Below are positions 9,615 to 20,700 of a stretch of 64,000 nt of DNA, piece after piece (within the stretch, counting starts at the first letter, position 1; every line of letters begins with the position of its first letter). Source of the stretch: Candidatus Rifleibacterium sp. Lineage in GTDB: Bacteria; Muiribacteriota; Ozemobacteria; Ozemobacterales; Ozemobacteraceae. The stretch covers positions 3,733 through 67,732 of the forward strand of contig DAOPYA010000004.1 in assembly GCA_035352635.1 (NCBI GenBank), in the 5' to 3' direction. The position numbers were made by a program, and so were the translations under genes. The notes under the pieces were generated by a model. It saw only the letters and a program-made list of their open reading frames with translations. It searched no databases and was not told where the DNA came from.

Positions 9615-10292
9615 TCAGATTTTCCTGATCTGGTAGTCCTGGGAAATATTCAGCCATAAAGCAATCAGGTCTGGGTCAAACTGCAGCCCTGACTGCCTCT
9701 CAACTTCGGCGTCAATTTCCTTCATATCGGTATAGTTTCTGTGGCGATAGGGCCTGGTGTGACGCATGGCTGAAACCGCATCGGCCAGAGCCAGTATTCT
9801 GGCCGCCTTAGGGATTTCTTCGCCCTTGAGATTGTCAGGGTAGCCAAGACCATCCCATCTTTCATGGTGCCATCTTATAATTGCCGGCACTTCGTCAGGC
9901 GTTTCAATACGGGTTTTCAGATGCAATTCGCCTAAGATAGGGTGGGTGCGCATGAGATCGACACGCTCATCATCGAGCCTTTCTGAGGTTCTGAGAATGT
10001 CTCGCGGCAAAAGCATCTCGCCGATGTCGTGCAACATGGCCGCTGCGCGAAGACTTTGCAATTGCTCTGCGTCAAAACCGGCTGCCGCGCCTATTTTTTC
10101 GGCAGTATCAGCCACTTCAGCCGAATGAGCAGCGTCATAGCCCTCAATGCGATCAACAATTGAGGCAACTCCGGCCAAAAACTGTGCGTAACGCCCCTCA
10201 ACCGGCCCGGTACGTTCGCGCAGCTCGAAATAGCGATAAGCCAGCCAGGTAATGAGAACGATCAGAGCTGCATTAAAAAGGGTTATAAGCAT
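9615..10292 (-). CDS. HD-GYP domain phosphodiesterase (putative c-di-GMP hydrolase) with a single N-terminal TM helix
   Basis: HD motif (MLHDIGEMLLP) and RWHHERWDGLGYPDNLKGEEIP (HHExxDGxGYP) are present. The N-terminus LITLFNAALIVLITWLAY is hydrophobic. No receiver domain. Confidence 0.8.
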   Translation of the reverse strand: MLITLFNAALIVLITWLAYRYFELRERTGPVEGRYAQFLAGVASIVDRIEGYDAAHSAEVADTAEKIGAAAGFDAEQLQSLRAAAMLHDIGEMLLPRDILRTSERLDDERVDLMRTHPILGELHLKTRIETPDEVPAIIRWHHERWDGLGYPDNLKGEEIPKAARILALADAVSAMRHTRPYRHRNYTDMKEIDAEVERQSGLQFDPDLIALWLNISQDYQIRKI

Positions 10293-10294
10293 GC

Positions 10295-10948
10295 TCAGAA
10301 ACCGAAGTTCGCGCCAACAATATAGCGGTGCCGATCATAAACCCGGCTTGGGGTGTACAAACCGAAATCGAGACTGAGAGCTTCATCGAATGCATGCCGC
10401 AAGCCAATGACAAAATCATTGCCGGCATAATCAATAGTAAGTTTTGTATCAACATCAATATTGAGATTGGCACCCATGATGAAAAACACCGGATCGACAT
10501 CGGCGCCCTTCTGGCTGTAACGGCCAAAAGCTGCTTTCTTTTCATCAGGATTCATGGCGATATTGGTGCCAACTCCAAGCACTACCCGATTACCGGGCAT
10601 GCCAGAAAGCAGCATAACTGAGTCCTGGTAGCCTTCGTTCGGGTCAAGAACTGCAGCCACCGCCATATTCTCACGCACTTTGTATTTGCCGGCAAACAGA
10701 GGTTCAGTCTGCTCAGAGCGACCACGAATTGCAAATCTTTTGACAATCGCAACTTCAGAATCGTCTGAGAAAGCGAAAACCCCTTTAAAAGTGGCTTCAT
10801 TGAATTCGGTCTCACCGATCATGTGCACCGCAGCCCGTGCTGCACCGGGGGGCAGAACCTCAAGACCCGGAACAATCATCGTGCCGCTCAGACCATGTAC
10901 AGTCGCATTGGCAAACACCGGGGTCGCTGATGCAAGGAGCATCAGCAA
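10295..10948 (-). CDS. Small outer-membrane beta-barrel protein (OmpW/OmpA-like size)
   Basis: The ORF track extends it to 11086, overlapping the upstream TPR gene. The more likely start is an internal ATG/TTG giving a signal peptide ...LLMLLASATPVFA. Alternating amphipathic strands and a C-terminal ...GANFGF ending in Phe are typical of OMPs. The exact start is uncertain. Confidence 0.45.
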   Translation of the reverse strand: MLMLLASATPVFANATVHGLSGTMIVPGLEVLPPGAARAAVHMIGETEFNEATFKGVFAFSDDSEVAIVKRFAIRGRSEQTEPLFAGKYKVRENMAVAAVLDPNEGYQDSVMLLSGMPGNRVVLGVGTNIAMNPDEKKAAFGRYSQKGADVDPVFFIMGANLNIDVDTKLTIDYAGNDFVIGLRHAFDEALSLDFGLYTPSRVYDRHRYIVGANFGF

Positions 10949-10982
10949 ACAGCATGCAACAAAAAAGCCCGAAACCGACCCG

Positions 10983-12185
10983 TCAGTAACCCTCGATTTC
11001 CTGGAGTTTCTGCCGGATATTGTCGGCTTCACTATGATTGGGAAATTTTCGGAGAAATTCCTCATAGGAGGCTCGGGCCTTGTCATATTCTTTCAGTTCC
11101 TTTTCATAGAGTTCGCCTTTGCGCAGGAAGGCATCTGCTGATACATCGGCATCGGGGAACTTTTCGGTTACCGAATTATAATAATCAATGGCTTTTTCAA
11201 CATTCTCGGTACTCTTACGATAGCGAATCTTACCATCGATAACCTGAGTCTTCATTGAGTCCATGTCTTCTTCGTAGATGCGACCCAGGCGATAAACCAG
11301 ATCTTCGTTACCCTGCGCGTCAGGGTAACGCTGCATCATTTCTTCGAGGGCCTTGGCAGCGCCTTCATAATCTTTTTCTTTTTCTTCGAGCATGCCGATG
11401 AGCTTCCGGTAACCAGAGATCGCATCATCTGAATCGGTGCTTCCCTGAATCGCTTTTCGGTAGGCGGCAGCCGCATCCTTGAAGTTGCCGGCCTCAGCCT
11501 GCATATCGCCAAGATCCATGTTGGCTTTAACTTCCTGAGTGTTATCAGCATCGGCGGCAATGTTGGCCTGGGCTGCGATTGCGCCTTCCTGGGCAGAGGT
11601 GCCAATAGAGAGTTTTTTCATTTTTTCCTGGGCCGCCGGTACGAATGTGCTGTAACCGTAATCGGTAACAATCTTTTTGTAATTGGTAGCGGCCTGGTCG
11701 TACATTCCCATGGCTTCCTGGCAGGTGGCCAGGTTGTAATAAACCTTGTCTATGGCCAGAAAAGCCGGGTGCTCTTCAATAATTTTGTTATAGATATCAA
11801 CGGCCATAACATAATTTTTGATTCTTTCTTCGTAAATTCTTCCAAGGTCATACAGCGTTTTAGGCAATTCGGGGCCGCTCACCCCACCTGCATTGATGCC
11901 GTTATTGAGCATATCAGCGGCTTCGCTGAAATGAGCCAGAGAATTACTGAGTTCTGCCTCTGCCTGTTTAATGCGGATTTTACCGATTTCTACCATGGCC
12001 GGCGAATGAAACTTGCCGTTGCCAAGCAAAGTTTTAAGCTCTTCAATTGCCTGTTCATAGGCGCCCTGCGCCAGTGATTGCATGGCCTTTTGATATTCTG
12101 GAGTTGATTGTATTGGTTGAGCACCAGCTACATTCAACATCAGGGAAAACATAACCAGAACCATGGGAATAATAATACGTTTCAT
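10983..12185 (-). CDS. Periplasmic/lipoprotein-like TPR-repeat protein
   Basis: Signal peptide MKRIIIPMVLVMFSLMLNVAGA. Multiple TPR-like repeats run throughout the 400 aa. Confidence 0.7.
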   Translation of the reverse strand: MKRIIIPMVLVMFSLMLNVAGAQPIQSTPEYQKAMQSLAQGAYEQAIEELKTLLGNGKFHSPAMVEIGKIRIKQAEAELSNSLAHFSEAADMLNNGINAGGVSGPELPKTLYDLGRIYEERIKNYVMAVDIYNKIIEEHPAFLAIDKVYYNLATCQEAMGMYDQAATNYKKIVTDYGYSTFVPAAQEKMKKLSIGTSAQEGAIAAQANIAADADNTQEVKANMDLGDMQAEAGNFKDAAAAYRKAIQGSTDSDDAISGYRKLIGMLEEKEKDYEGAAKALEEMMQRYPDAQGNEDLVYRLGRIYEEDMDSMKTQVIDGKIRYRKSTENVEKAIDYYNSVTEKFPDADVSADAFLRKGELYEKELKEYDKARASYEEFLRKFPNHSEADNIRQKLQEIEGY

Positions 12186-12281
12186 TTTTTCACCTGAATT
12201 TTTTCAAGATTTATTGTATGACTATACGATGGCATGATAACATATCTGCAAATTCATGTTGAGTGAGATGGCAAATTTGTA

Positions 12282-13163
12282 ATGATTAAAAACCTGTTAA
12301 ATCTGCAAAAAGATTCTGCCGATAGTAATATCACGGACTGTAGCGGATCGTGTAACTACCCGGAGATGGAATTCAAACTTCTGCCGCTTGAAAAAGTCTA
12401 CCCGAACCCGAATCAGCCCCGCAAGATCTTTGAAAAACAGGCATTGGAAGACCTGGCCCAGTCAATACGCGAAAACGGCGTTCTGCAACCAGTTCTGGTC
12501 AGGCAGATCGGCGAGCGCTATCAGATCGTTTCAGGTGAAAGACGCTTTCGGGCAAGCAAAATTGCCGGCATGAACAGCATTCCCGCGGTCATTCGCAAAC
12601 TCGACGAAGAAAAAACGATGCTGGCAGGGCTGATCGAGAATATTCAGCGCCAGGATCTCAACCCGATCGAGGAAGCCCGAACCCTCAGAGACATTCTTCT
12701 GAACTTCGGGCTGACACATGACCAGCTCTCAGAAAAGGTTGGCAGAAGCAGATCAGCGCTCACCAACAGGCTCAGGCTGCTGCAACTTCCCCCTGAAGTT
12801 CAGCTGATGGTAGCCGATGGGCAAATATCGGCCGGGCACGCCAAAATGCTGGCTGGGCTTAAAGAACCCCATGAAGCGCGGCAATGGGCCAAAAAAATCA
12901 TCACCGATCAGCTATCGGTATACGAAACCGAAAAACAGATCGCCCGTGAGAAAACCGAAAATTCCAGTGTCTGTCCGAAGAAAGGCAGATTGTTGATGAA
13001 TTCAGATATGCATGTCAGAGCGGTTGAAGAAAACCTTCAAGAGCTGCTTGGCGCGAAGGTTCGCATTCGTCAGGGCAAAAACAAGGGCCGCATCGAAATT
13101 GAATTTTACGACAGAGACGATCTCGAGAGAGTTGTAGAGTCAATGGTTTCGGTGTGCCTGTAA
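12282..13163 (+). CDS. parB: Chromosome-partitioning protein ParB/Spo0J (orphan, no adjacent parA)
   Basis: ParB box GERRFRASKIAGMNSIPAVIR, an HTH region and a C-terminal dimerisation region. The more likely start is the internal ATG at about 12366 (MEFKLLPLEKVYPNPNQPR). The gene upstream is on the opposite strand, so there is no soj/parA partner in this window. Confidence 0.85.
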   Translation: MIKNLLNLQKDSADSNITDCSGSCNYPEMEFKLLPLEKVYPNPNQPRKIFEKQALEDLAQSIRENGVLQPVLVRQIGERYQIVSGERRFRASKIAGMNSIPAVIRKLDEEKTMLAGLIENIQRQDLNPIEEARTLRDILLNFGLTHDQLSEKVGRSRSALTNRLRLLQLPPEVQLMVADGQISAGHAKMLAGLKEPHEARQWAKKIITDQLSVYETEKQIAREKTENSSVCPKKGRLLMNSDMHVRAVEENLQELLGAKVRIRQGKNKGRIEIEFYDRDDLERVVESMVSVCL

Positions 13164-13185
13164 CCACAGTCGAAAGGTAACTGGT

Positions 13186-14073
13186 GTGATCATTAATTTC
13201 TGGGGGGTCAGAGGCTCGATTCCTGTCCCTGGCAAAGATACCGTCGAGTTCGGCGGCAACACCACCTGTATCGAAATTCTCACCTCATGCGGGGAGAGAC
13301 TGATCTTTGACGCCGGCACCGGCATCAGAGTCTTAGGCAACTCCCTGATGAAACAAGAATTCGGCGAAGGAAAAGGCATGGCGCATGTTTTCTTCACCCA
13401 CTCCCACTGGGATCACATACAGGGCTTCCCCTTTTTCGCACCCGCCTATGTCGGCAAAAAAGACACCAGGGGCACCCGGGTAGAAGATGCCTGCAATGTT
13501 TTCAACCTCTACGGGGCGACCGACGTTGGCAACCGCATCGAAACTACATTGCGCGGCCAGATGGATAACGTTTATTTTCCTGTCGATCTGAACTACCTGT
13601 CTTCGGTCATTAATTTTAAAACTCTTATCGATAATAAAACCAGAATCGGCAATGCCACGATAACAGCTTTCATGCTGGTGCATCCAAACGGCGTTCTGGG
13701 TTACCGCATCGAAGAAGATGGCAAATCAATAGCAATTGCCACTGACTGCGAGCATCCAACCGACGGTTCGATCGATCAGAATCTCTTGAAACTGGCCAGC
13801 AATGTCGACATTCTCGTCTATGACGGCCAATACACAAGCGAAGAATATACCCCGCATAAATTCAACCTCCCAGGCCCTGGTCGCCAGGGGTTCGGCCATT
13901 CAACCCCCGATGAAGGGATAAGAGCAGCCAAAGCCGCCGGGGCTCGCCGTCTGCTCATCACCCACCACGACCCGCTGCACAATGATGTAAGACTTCGTGA
14001 AATGGAAGCCCGGGCAAAGAATCTTTTTTCAGCCACAGATTTTGCCCGCGAAGGCATGTCGATCGAAATTTAA
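13186..14073 (+). CDS. MBL-fold metallo-hydrolase
   Basis: HxHxDH motif (FFTHSHWDHIQG) and downstream His/Asp ligands. 295 aa. Confidence 0.75.
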   Translation: MIINFWGVRGSIPVPGKDTVEFGGNTTCIEILTSCGERLIFDAGTGIRVLGNSLMKQEFGEGKGMAHVFFTHSHWDHIQGFPFFAPAYVGKKDTRGTRVEDACNVFNLYGATDVGNRIETTLRGQMDNVYFPVDLNYLSSVINFKTLIDNKTRIGNATITAFMLVHPNGVLGYRIEEDGKSIAIATDCEHPTDGSIDQNLLKLASNVDILVYDGQYTSEEYTPHKFNLPGPGRQGFGHSTPDEGIRAAKAAGARRLLITHHDPLHNDVRLREMEARAKNLFSATDFAREGMSIEI

Positions 14074-14112
14074 ACCTTTTTGTAGTTACGGCCCTGCCGT
14101 GTATGCTATGAT

Positions 14113-17100
14113 GTGCACAACATGGCACGGGCTTCCTTCACAACTCCAGTCTATTTCTTTACCTCTATTAGAGCAGGTTCCGGCAAGGCTTCGATTGTTG
14201 CGAACCTGTCGATTTTCCTTAACAGCCTATCACAAAAGGTTGCCCTGATTGATCTTGACGGCGAAACACCACTAAAACTCAAGAATACTTTTCCGCAATC
14301 AATCAATCTCCAGGCTTACGCAGACCTTGGTCAACTGGCTCGCTCTGACGAGAACCGCTTTCAGAAAAACTTCTATTTTACCGAAACCAGCCAGATTTCT
14401 TACTTCCCCGCCCAGAAACTTGCTGACCCTGCTTCCCTGTTCACCGACACCTCGCTGCGCGATTTTTTCATTCAGCTTAAAGCAAGCTTTGACCTGGTTA
14501 TCATCAATTTTCCTGCGGGCATCCAGCACTGCCAGAAAACTTCCGAACTCCTTTCCAGAAGCCACTTATGGCGTGGCAGTCGCCCGATTTCCCTTATCGT
14601 TTCGCAATCTGACGAGAAAAGCCTGGTCACCCTTGATAAAATGCTGCAACAGAACCCGGCATTCTCTTATCAACTCCAGGAAAACACCTGCCTGATTTTT
14701 AACAGGGTTCCATCAGCACCTGATGAACAACACCTCGCCGGCACAACCCTCAGCGGGCACGAACTTCGCCAGATTTTTGATCAGCCCAACAGCTATCTGA
14801 TTCCGGTCTGCGAAGAATTCGTGCTGCAAAGGCATCAAAGCGGAGCAACCGTTTTAAAATCGGATTCTCTGATGCACCAGACCATTTCCGGCCTGAACCG
14901 TCTGCTGGTTCACAGTGGCGATAATCCGCTCAAGCAGCTCAGCGCCCGGCCAAACGATTATCAGGCCTGCCTTGACGGCGAACTGCTCGAAAAACTGACG
15001 CCATATCTTGAAAGAATACAACTGGCGGCCGCAGCCCGGCTTTATGTTCACCCGTCTGAGCTTCAGGTCTTTCTCGAAGAAGGGCCAGAGAACTTCCGTA
15101 TCCGACTGAGAATCTCAGGAGTTAACCAACCACTGCTTGGTATCAACACAAGAATCCGCCAGGAACCCCTCTGTCAGCTAGTGCAGCGCAGCTCTCCAGA
15201 TGCTTTTGCTCAGACGGGTCTGACCGACGAGAATTCACCGGTAATACCTGCCGGACGCGTGACAATCTCAGCTATCAGCATGCGACCGGTTTACAAGTTT
15301 CCAGACAATTTCAGCTGCCAGGCAGACCCCAGACTGCACCCACAGCTTGATCTGCTACCCGACAAAGCGCCGAGACCATCGCCAATCCTCTTCAAACAGC
15401 AACTTGATCTGCCCGAGGTACCATCGCTTTCGCACATACTCGGTTTTACCCGCCGACAATATCGACAGTTTCAGTTCACCTCGCTTGAAAAGCATCTCAC
15501 CACCGGCAGTGTTACTCATTTTTTTCTGCCGCCCGAATTCGACCTCAGCTGGTCAGCCACCCCGTTTTTTGACGAAATCTTTGCCTGCAATCTGGCAGCG
15601 TGCCAACGCACAACCCTCAATCACCCGATTGTTTTCGCTCTGGCCGATCAATGGCCCGACCTGCGAAACGCTGCGGCACCACTGCTCTTCGATATCTTCG
15701 CCCGCCACCAGTCGCTATACGCAGTATCAGCTCACCAGATCAGGGAAACCATACCACCGCCGGCCGACTTCGCCAGCGCCAGTCGTCGCTACACCGGAAG
15801 CCTGCTGGAAAGCTCTATTTGGCCAGTGCCATGCCGGTTTCTGGCGCCACAACCTTCGGCATTGCTTCTTAAGAGCGCAGAACTGATAGCCATCATGCCC
15901 TTGTGGGTCGCTGAATCAACAAATGAGCCAGAACCGCAAGAAAGCCTGCGGAATCATTTCAGAATGCATGTTTTGCAGGAATACGAACGTTTCAGCCTTG
16001 ACGTTCCGTTGCCGCGACCTTTTTTTGCCGAACCGAGCGGCAAAGTGCCTTCAATGAGCATGGAATCCTGCGTTTTTTTCTCGCTCCATGCCTGCGAACA
16101 AACAGGTGCGCCAGTTGCTCCGACCCTCTGCGAAAATTTCCGCAGAGCCTTGCGCGAATCGCCTTCACAACTAAGCTTTATGCAGCAATGCTTAAACAAA
16201 AAAGAAGCATGTATTGCCCCACCTGATGTCAGATTCCCTGAAGCCTTTAAATGGGAAGACCTGCTCATGGAGCACGTTTATCAAGACGTCAAACAAATTG
16301 TTACCGGGCGCAGTTTTTTGATCAACCCTGTAAAAGCCCTTTTTTCATTCAAACCCACCCACCCACTCTTCTTCAGGCTCTCATTTAAAGGGTTTCGCCA
16401 GGATGTCATCAACAGTGAACTCCCGGTTCCAAAGGCCGAAGTCAAATTGTCTTTCCGCTCCCCCGCCGCCGCGCTAAAAGTTGTGGCCTTTAAATTTTCA
16501 GCAGGCCCGGCCAGATTGATTGACGATCTTTTGCCCGTTAAATACCGACACCAGAAAGACCTCGGGCACCGCGATGCCTTAGATCAGTCAGTCTACAAGA
16601 GCGACCGGGTAATCGACAGCGCAATAAAAAACCGCAGACTTGCTGCCAGCAAAGGTCGCATGCTGCAGATAAATATTCAGAGCGGTAATCAGCCGGCTTT
16701 TTCAGCCAAAACATCGGCACAGAAACTAAAAACAACGACCACGACAATGAAGTTTGCCCCGATGGTTCTATTAAACAAGGCGATAAACGTTGCGAACATC
16801 GCCAGAGAATGCCAGCTTGACCACCTGCCATCTGATCTATTCGCCAACTACAAGCCATTGCCGACCATTCAGAACGGCAAAGAATTTTCGGCCGCCCATA
16901 ACCGGAAAGTCCAGACAAAATCTCTATTCGCTATTGAACCGGTCGAGTTAACCACAATTTCGACAAGAAGAGATACCCAGAGGTTTTTTGCTTTTCCTGG
17001 AAAAGGGGTCTCGCTGCTGATCACCTATCTGCCAACCATAGCCAGGAGGACATTCAGATTGCCTTCTATCAACGGAAACCACCCCGAATTTGCTATCAAC

Positions 17101-17703
17101 CACGATCAGATTCAGCTGCCCGCTGCCCTTCCCCTGCGCAATCGCCGGGTCGAGTTTCCTGATCTGAACCGGGCGAACGACAAACAATTTTCCCTCAAAA
17201 TCCAGTGTGATATGCATGCCATTATTCACAAGACTGGAGCAATGAATGAAAACATCCTGGAACGAGCCAATCGAAGCCAACGCCCGGCCGAACGGATGGC
17301 CAAAATGCCAATGCGCTACCCGTTAGCGATATCTGCCCAGCGCTCCCTGCGCAGCCTCCCCCTTAAAAAGTCGACTTTTTTTATCAGGTTTCCTGACATT
17401 ATCGAGGTATTTTATGAGCATCTGCGCTGGTCTCTACGTGATGAACGAGTCAGCGGGCTTGCTTTTATTGACCATTTCAAGAATCAGAAAGCTGAAGGGA
17501 AATTGCCGGCCTTTTTAATCAGACAAACCCTGCGCCTGGCCTGCCATGTTGATTTCCGAGAAAGATTAGCCCTTTTCAACCGTTTCGACAAAACCGCCCG
17601 CGAAATTTACCCGATCAGCAATCTCAGATTGCGCGACCTAATGAACCTGGCCAGGCAGACAAACCAGAAATTCAATGAAGTAAACCAGAAGATACGGGCA
17701 TGA
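14113..17703 (+). CDS. Giant protein (1196 aa) with a degenerate N-terminal MinD/ParA-like domain and about 1000 aa of unknown function
   Basis: N-terminal 200 aa align by eye to MinD: VYFFTSIRAGSGKASIVANLSIFL...KVALIDLDGE against IIVVTSGKGGVGKTT...VIDFD; SYFPAQK against LYILPASQ; FDLVIINFPAGIQ against FEFIVCDSPAGIE; LIFNRVP against LLTRYNP. The Walker A is degenerate (IRAGSGKAS). Codon preference matches neighbouring genes. No other frame in the span has a long ORF. Confidence 0.6.
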   Translation: MHNMARASFTTPVYFFTSIRAGSGKASIVANLSIFLNSLSQKVALIDLDGETPLKLKNTFPQSINLQAYADLGQLARSDENRFQKNFYFTETSQISYFPAQKLADPASLFTDTSLRDFFIQLKASFDLVIINFPAGIQHCQKTSELLSRSHLWRGSRPISLIVSQSDEKSLVTLDKMLQQNPAFSYQLQENTCLIFNRVPSAPDEQHLAGTTLSGHELRQIFDQPNSYLIPVCEEFVLQRHQSGATVLKSDSLMHQTISGLNRLLVHSGDNPLKQLSARPNDYQACLDGELLEKLTPYLERIQLAAAARLYVHPSELQVFLEEGPENFRIRLRISGVNQPLLGINTRIRQEPLCQLVQRSSPDAFAQTGLTDENSPVIPAGRVTISAISMRPVYKFPDNFSCQADPRLHPQLDLLPDKAPRPSPILFKQQLDLPEVPSLSHILGFTRRQYRQFQFTSLEKHLTTGSVTHFFLPPEFDLSWSATPFFDEIFACNLAACQRTTLNHPIVFALADQWPDLRNAAAPLLFDIFARHQSLYAVSAHQIRETIPPPADFASASRRYTGSLLESSIWPVPCRFLAPQPSALLLKSAELIAIMPLWVAESTNEPEPQESLRNHFRMHVLQEYERFSLDVPLPRPFFAEPSGKVPSMSMESCVFFSLHACEQTGAPVAPTLCENFRRALRESPSQLSFMQQCLNKKEACIAPPDVRFPEAFKWEDLLMEHVYQDVKQIVTGRSFLINPVKALFSFKPTHPLFFRLSFKGFRQDVINSELPVPKAEVKLSFRSPAAALKVVAFKFSAGPARLIDDLLPVKYRHQKDLGHRDALDQSVYKSDRVIDSAIKNRRLAASKGRMLQINIQSGNQPAFSAKTSAQKLKTTTTTMKFAPMVLLNKAINVANIARECQLDHLPSDLFANYKPLPTIQNGKEFSAAHNRKVQTKSLFAIEPVELTTISTRRDTQRFFAFPGKGVSLLITYLPTIARRTFRLPSINGNHPEFAINHDQIQLPAALPLRNRRVEFPDLNRANDKQFSLKIQCDMHAIIHKTGAMNENILERANRSQRPAERMAKMPMRYPLAISAQRSLRSLPLKKSTFFIRFPDIIEVFYEHLRWSLRDERVSGLAFIDHFKNQKAEGKLPAFLIRQTLRLACHVDFRERLALFNRFDKTAREIYPISNLRLRDLMNLARQTNQKFNEVNQKIRA

Positions 17704-20700
17704 CCCTGAAGATTCCTTTCAGATACTTTCTTCCCGTCCTCGATGCTCCGGCAAAAAGACCGGGAAAAAAGGTTTTTGTAACCAGAAGGCCGATAAGCCT
17801 TGCCGGCAAGCCTTTGCTGGCCGAGAAACACCTGCCGGTGCAACCATCTTTTTCTCTTGCAGCGCGCAAATGCTACGCCACCACTGTTGCAGCCCTTTTT
17901 AAGCAGGCAAAAAGCATTGCGCGAAAAACCAGATTTAAACCAGATTTCAGCTTTATAAAATACGAACCGCTGGTTTTTGAAAATGCCAGGTCAGGTTTTT
18001 TTTCTACCCCAGGGTTGCCTGACCCTGAGCGATGGGCCGGGCATATTATCGAACCAGCGACCGGCCTCAAACATTCCGGCCAGTCAGAAAGATTGGCCAT
18101 CAGCGTTGATACTAATCCGCACCTGGCATTTACCATTGCAGATCATCCTGACCCCGAAAACATCCTGTCTGGCTTTCTTCAACGCTTTTCAGAGCCGGTC
18201 ATGTTGCCTTCGCCCAACGAAAAAATTGGTCTTTCCGGTCAGGAAACCTTTATTGAACCGGTTACTGCCACGCCTTGCCCGGCCCGGCTCATAAATCTGG
18301 CCATTTTTGAATCACGCAAAAAATTTATCTGCCGGCGCCCCAGCCTTAATCAGACTTTTTCGTTTGCCGGGGCTGAGCACAACTTTACTCTTTTCTGGCC
18401 AGAAGTCTCTTTCGCACTCGCACCGGCCAATCAAAAGCCGCTCAAAGACCTTACAGAACCGGATTACAGCCTTTTTCGTTCGCAAAAATTCATTGGTTTT
18501 GGCTTTTTTCTGAAGCTTGATCGGGCAAAGAATGGCCCTGAACGCGAAATTCTTGCCAATTTTCTTCTCGAAAGCAAGATTGTCTTTTCGCCGGTCTGCG
18601 ACAACCTCATTCATTCAAGCATTGGAACCCCCCACCAGAGCAGTTGTCTGCAAGATTCACGTGGTAACCTTACCCCGAAATTTAAATCAGAGGCATCCAG
18701 CATTCCTTTAAGGGGCCTTCCCAGCTATCTCCCGGCTGACATCAAGATATCTGGAGCCAGAAAGGCCACCATGAGCCTTTGCCTGCCACCGGCACGACCC
18801 GCCAATCTTTGCCGAACCCATGCCCGCCACGGAAACTTTCAGATTGCCGACCATGCGTGCCGTCTAAAACTCAGGCTTAAACTGCGGCGCATGAACCCGT
18901 CAGCCCCCGATACCCGCCTGAAAGTGATGGTTCCTGCCGTATCGCTAAGGCCAGCCACCCGGCCCACAGGCTTTTTACAGGCCAGTTACAAAGAAATCCG
19001 CTCAAAAAACCCGATCTGCAAAAGTTTTGAGCACTCTGATGCAAGCATTGGCCGACCGCCGGCCAATGATTTTCACCAGAAGCGCAGTCAGTTTTATATT
19101 CGCGCCGCAAGGCACGCGCAATATACTCTGCGGCTTCTGAAAAACATATTTACCGCTAATCAGCACCGGGCAAGCAATCAGGTCATGCTGAACCACATGT
19201 TAACAGCAATGCCCGAGCTAACATCAACCGCAAAGAAACTTCGCCAGCCCGCTGCTTTCAACCCATTTTCCACAAAGCTTTCTTTGACTGCCAGCCCCGC
19301 CAGCAAAATTGTCAGCTCAACCGTTGCCCTTGCAGAAAGAAAACTGCCACTGAGTCTGCTCGCAGGCCGAGCTTGTTTTAATGATATCTGCACTCCTGAA
19401 CAACCCAAAAAAATTGCCACCGTAACCACTCAAAGCGCCAACCTTCATCATGAAACCCATGCAAAGCGCACCCGAACCCTGCGAATGCTGCGCTTCAAAC
19501 TGCATCCAGTCAGCACCGCCAACCTCTCATACCGGAATAGCCCGGCACGGTCGATAGGCTGTGCGCGAATTTCGGCAGCGATTATTTCGCGGCGTGCCCA
19601 GAAGGTCAATCTGCCGGCCGGCGAAACCATGGCCATTAAATTGCGCGACCGACAACTCCAGGCCAGGCACCGCCTCCGTTTACGCAAGGTCGCCCTAAAA
19701 ATTGATCTTCCAGGGCAGATTAAACCGAACATGACCCTGCTTCTCGGCATCGAAGGCACAGATGCCCCGACGACCCTCTGCCAGAAACATTTTGTTTACC
19801 CCAGCATCTGGAAACGAAAACAGCGATCGTTCAACTGCCGACTTTCTCTGCTTCCCCATCCGTTCGGCTTCCCTGACTTTTGTTTTTCAGAAAATGTATT
19901 TTCATGCCTGGTAAAGCCAGTGGCTTTAACTATTCCGCTACCGGCCAGGCAAAAAGCAATGCTGACCGGTAGTTTTGTCATAAAACGCGAAAAGATTTTT
20001 TTGCCGCCGCTAAGCATGAAAGCGCCACGCCGCCTGCTCTACAGCCTCAGCATGCCGCATGAGCTTAAAGAGATTTTCCGCGCCCCTCGGCTTATTACAA
20101 CTACACAGCTGCAGCCCGCACCTGTTATTGGCTCTTTCACACACACCTGGCTGTGCAACCCTAATCCCCGAAAGATTTCTGCAGATACCGGCATGCGTAT
20201 GACCAGAACCCGGCGGCATAAAAGCAGCAGTTTCGTAATGCCTGATCGAGTAATTAAGAGCCATACCTTTCTGGAAACAGCCGAAGCGCCTTCCTGGCTC
20301 GAATTACCTCTGATAAAACGAATGTTGCTACGGGCCAGACGCTTTGCCACAACCCGACAATCAGCAAATTTTTGCCCTGTCAACGGGCCAACCAGTCAGC
20401 GGTTTTTGCCAGCCATTGCATTGCCTGCCATTGCCAAACCATTGCAAAGACTCAATCTCGCAGGGTTCAGTCTTTTCACACCGGTGGCCCGACATTTTCT
20501 GCATTGCTGGCCGCTTGTTGACCGGCTTCGTTGCCCGGTCGATGACGGTAACCGCATGCGTTTGCGTTCCTATCGATTCCCATGGCATCCCGAAATGCCA
20601 CCGACAGGGCAACACAGCCTCAGCTTCAGCGACCGGCCGAGCTCCAACCAGACCCACAGCCTTGATTTTGCTGATGAAGTCAGAGCTGCATCATTTTTCT

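Noticed and set aside
10949-11086. N-terminal extension of the OMP ORF that overlaps the upstream TPR gene by 100 nt
   Set aside because: The extension has no signal-peptide character. An internal start gives a proper signal peptide and removes the overlap.
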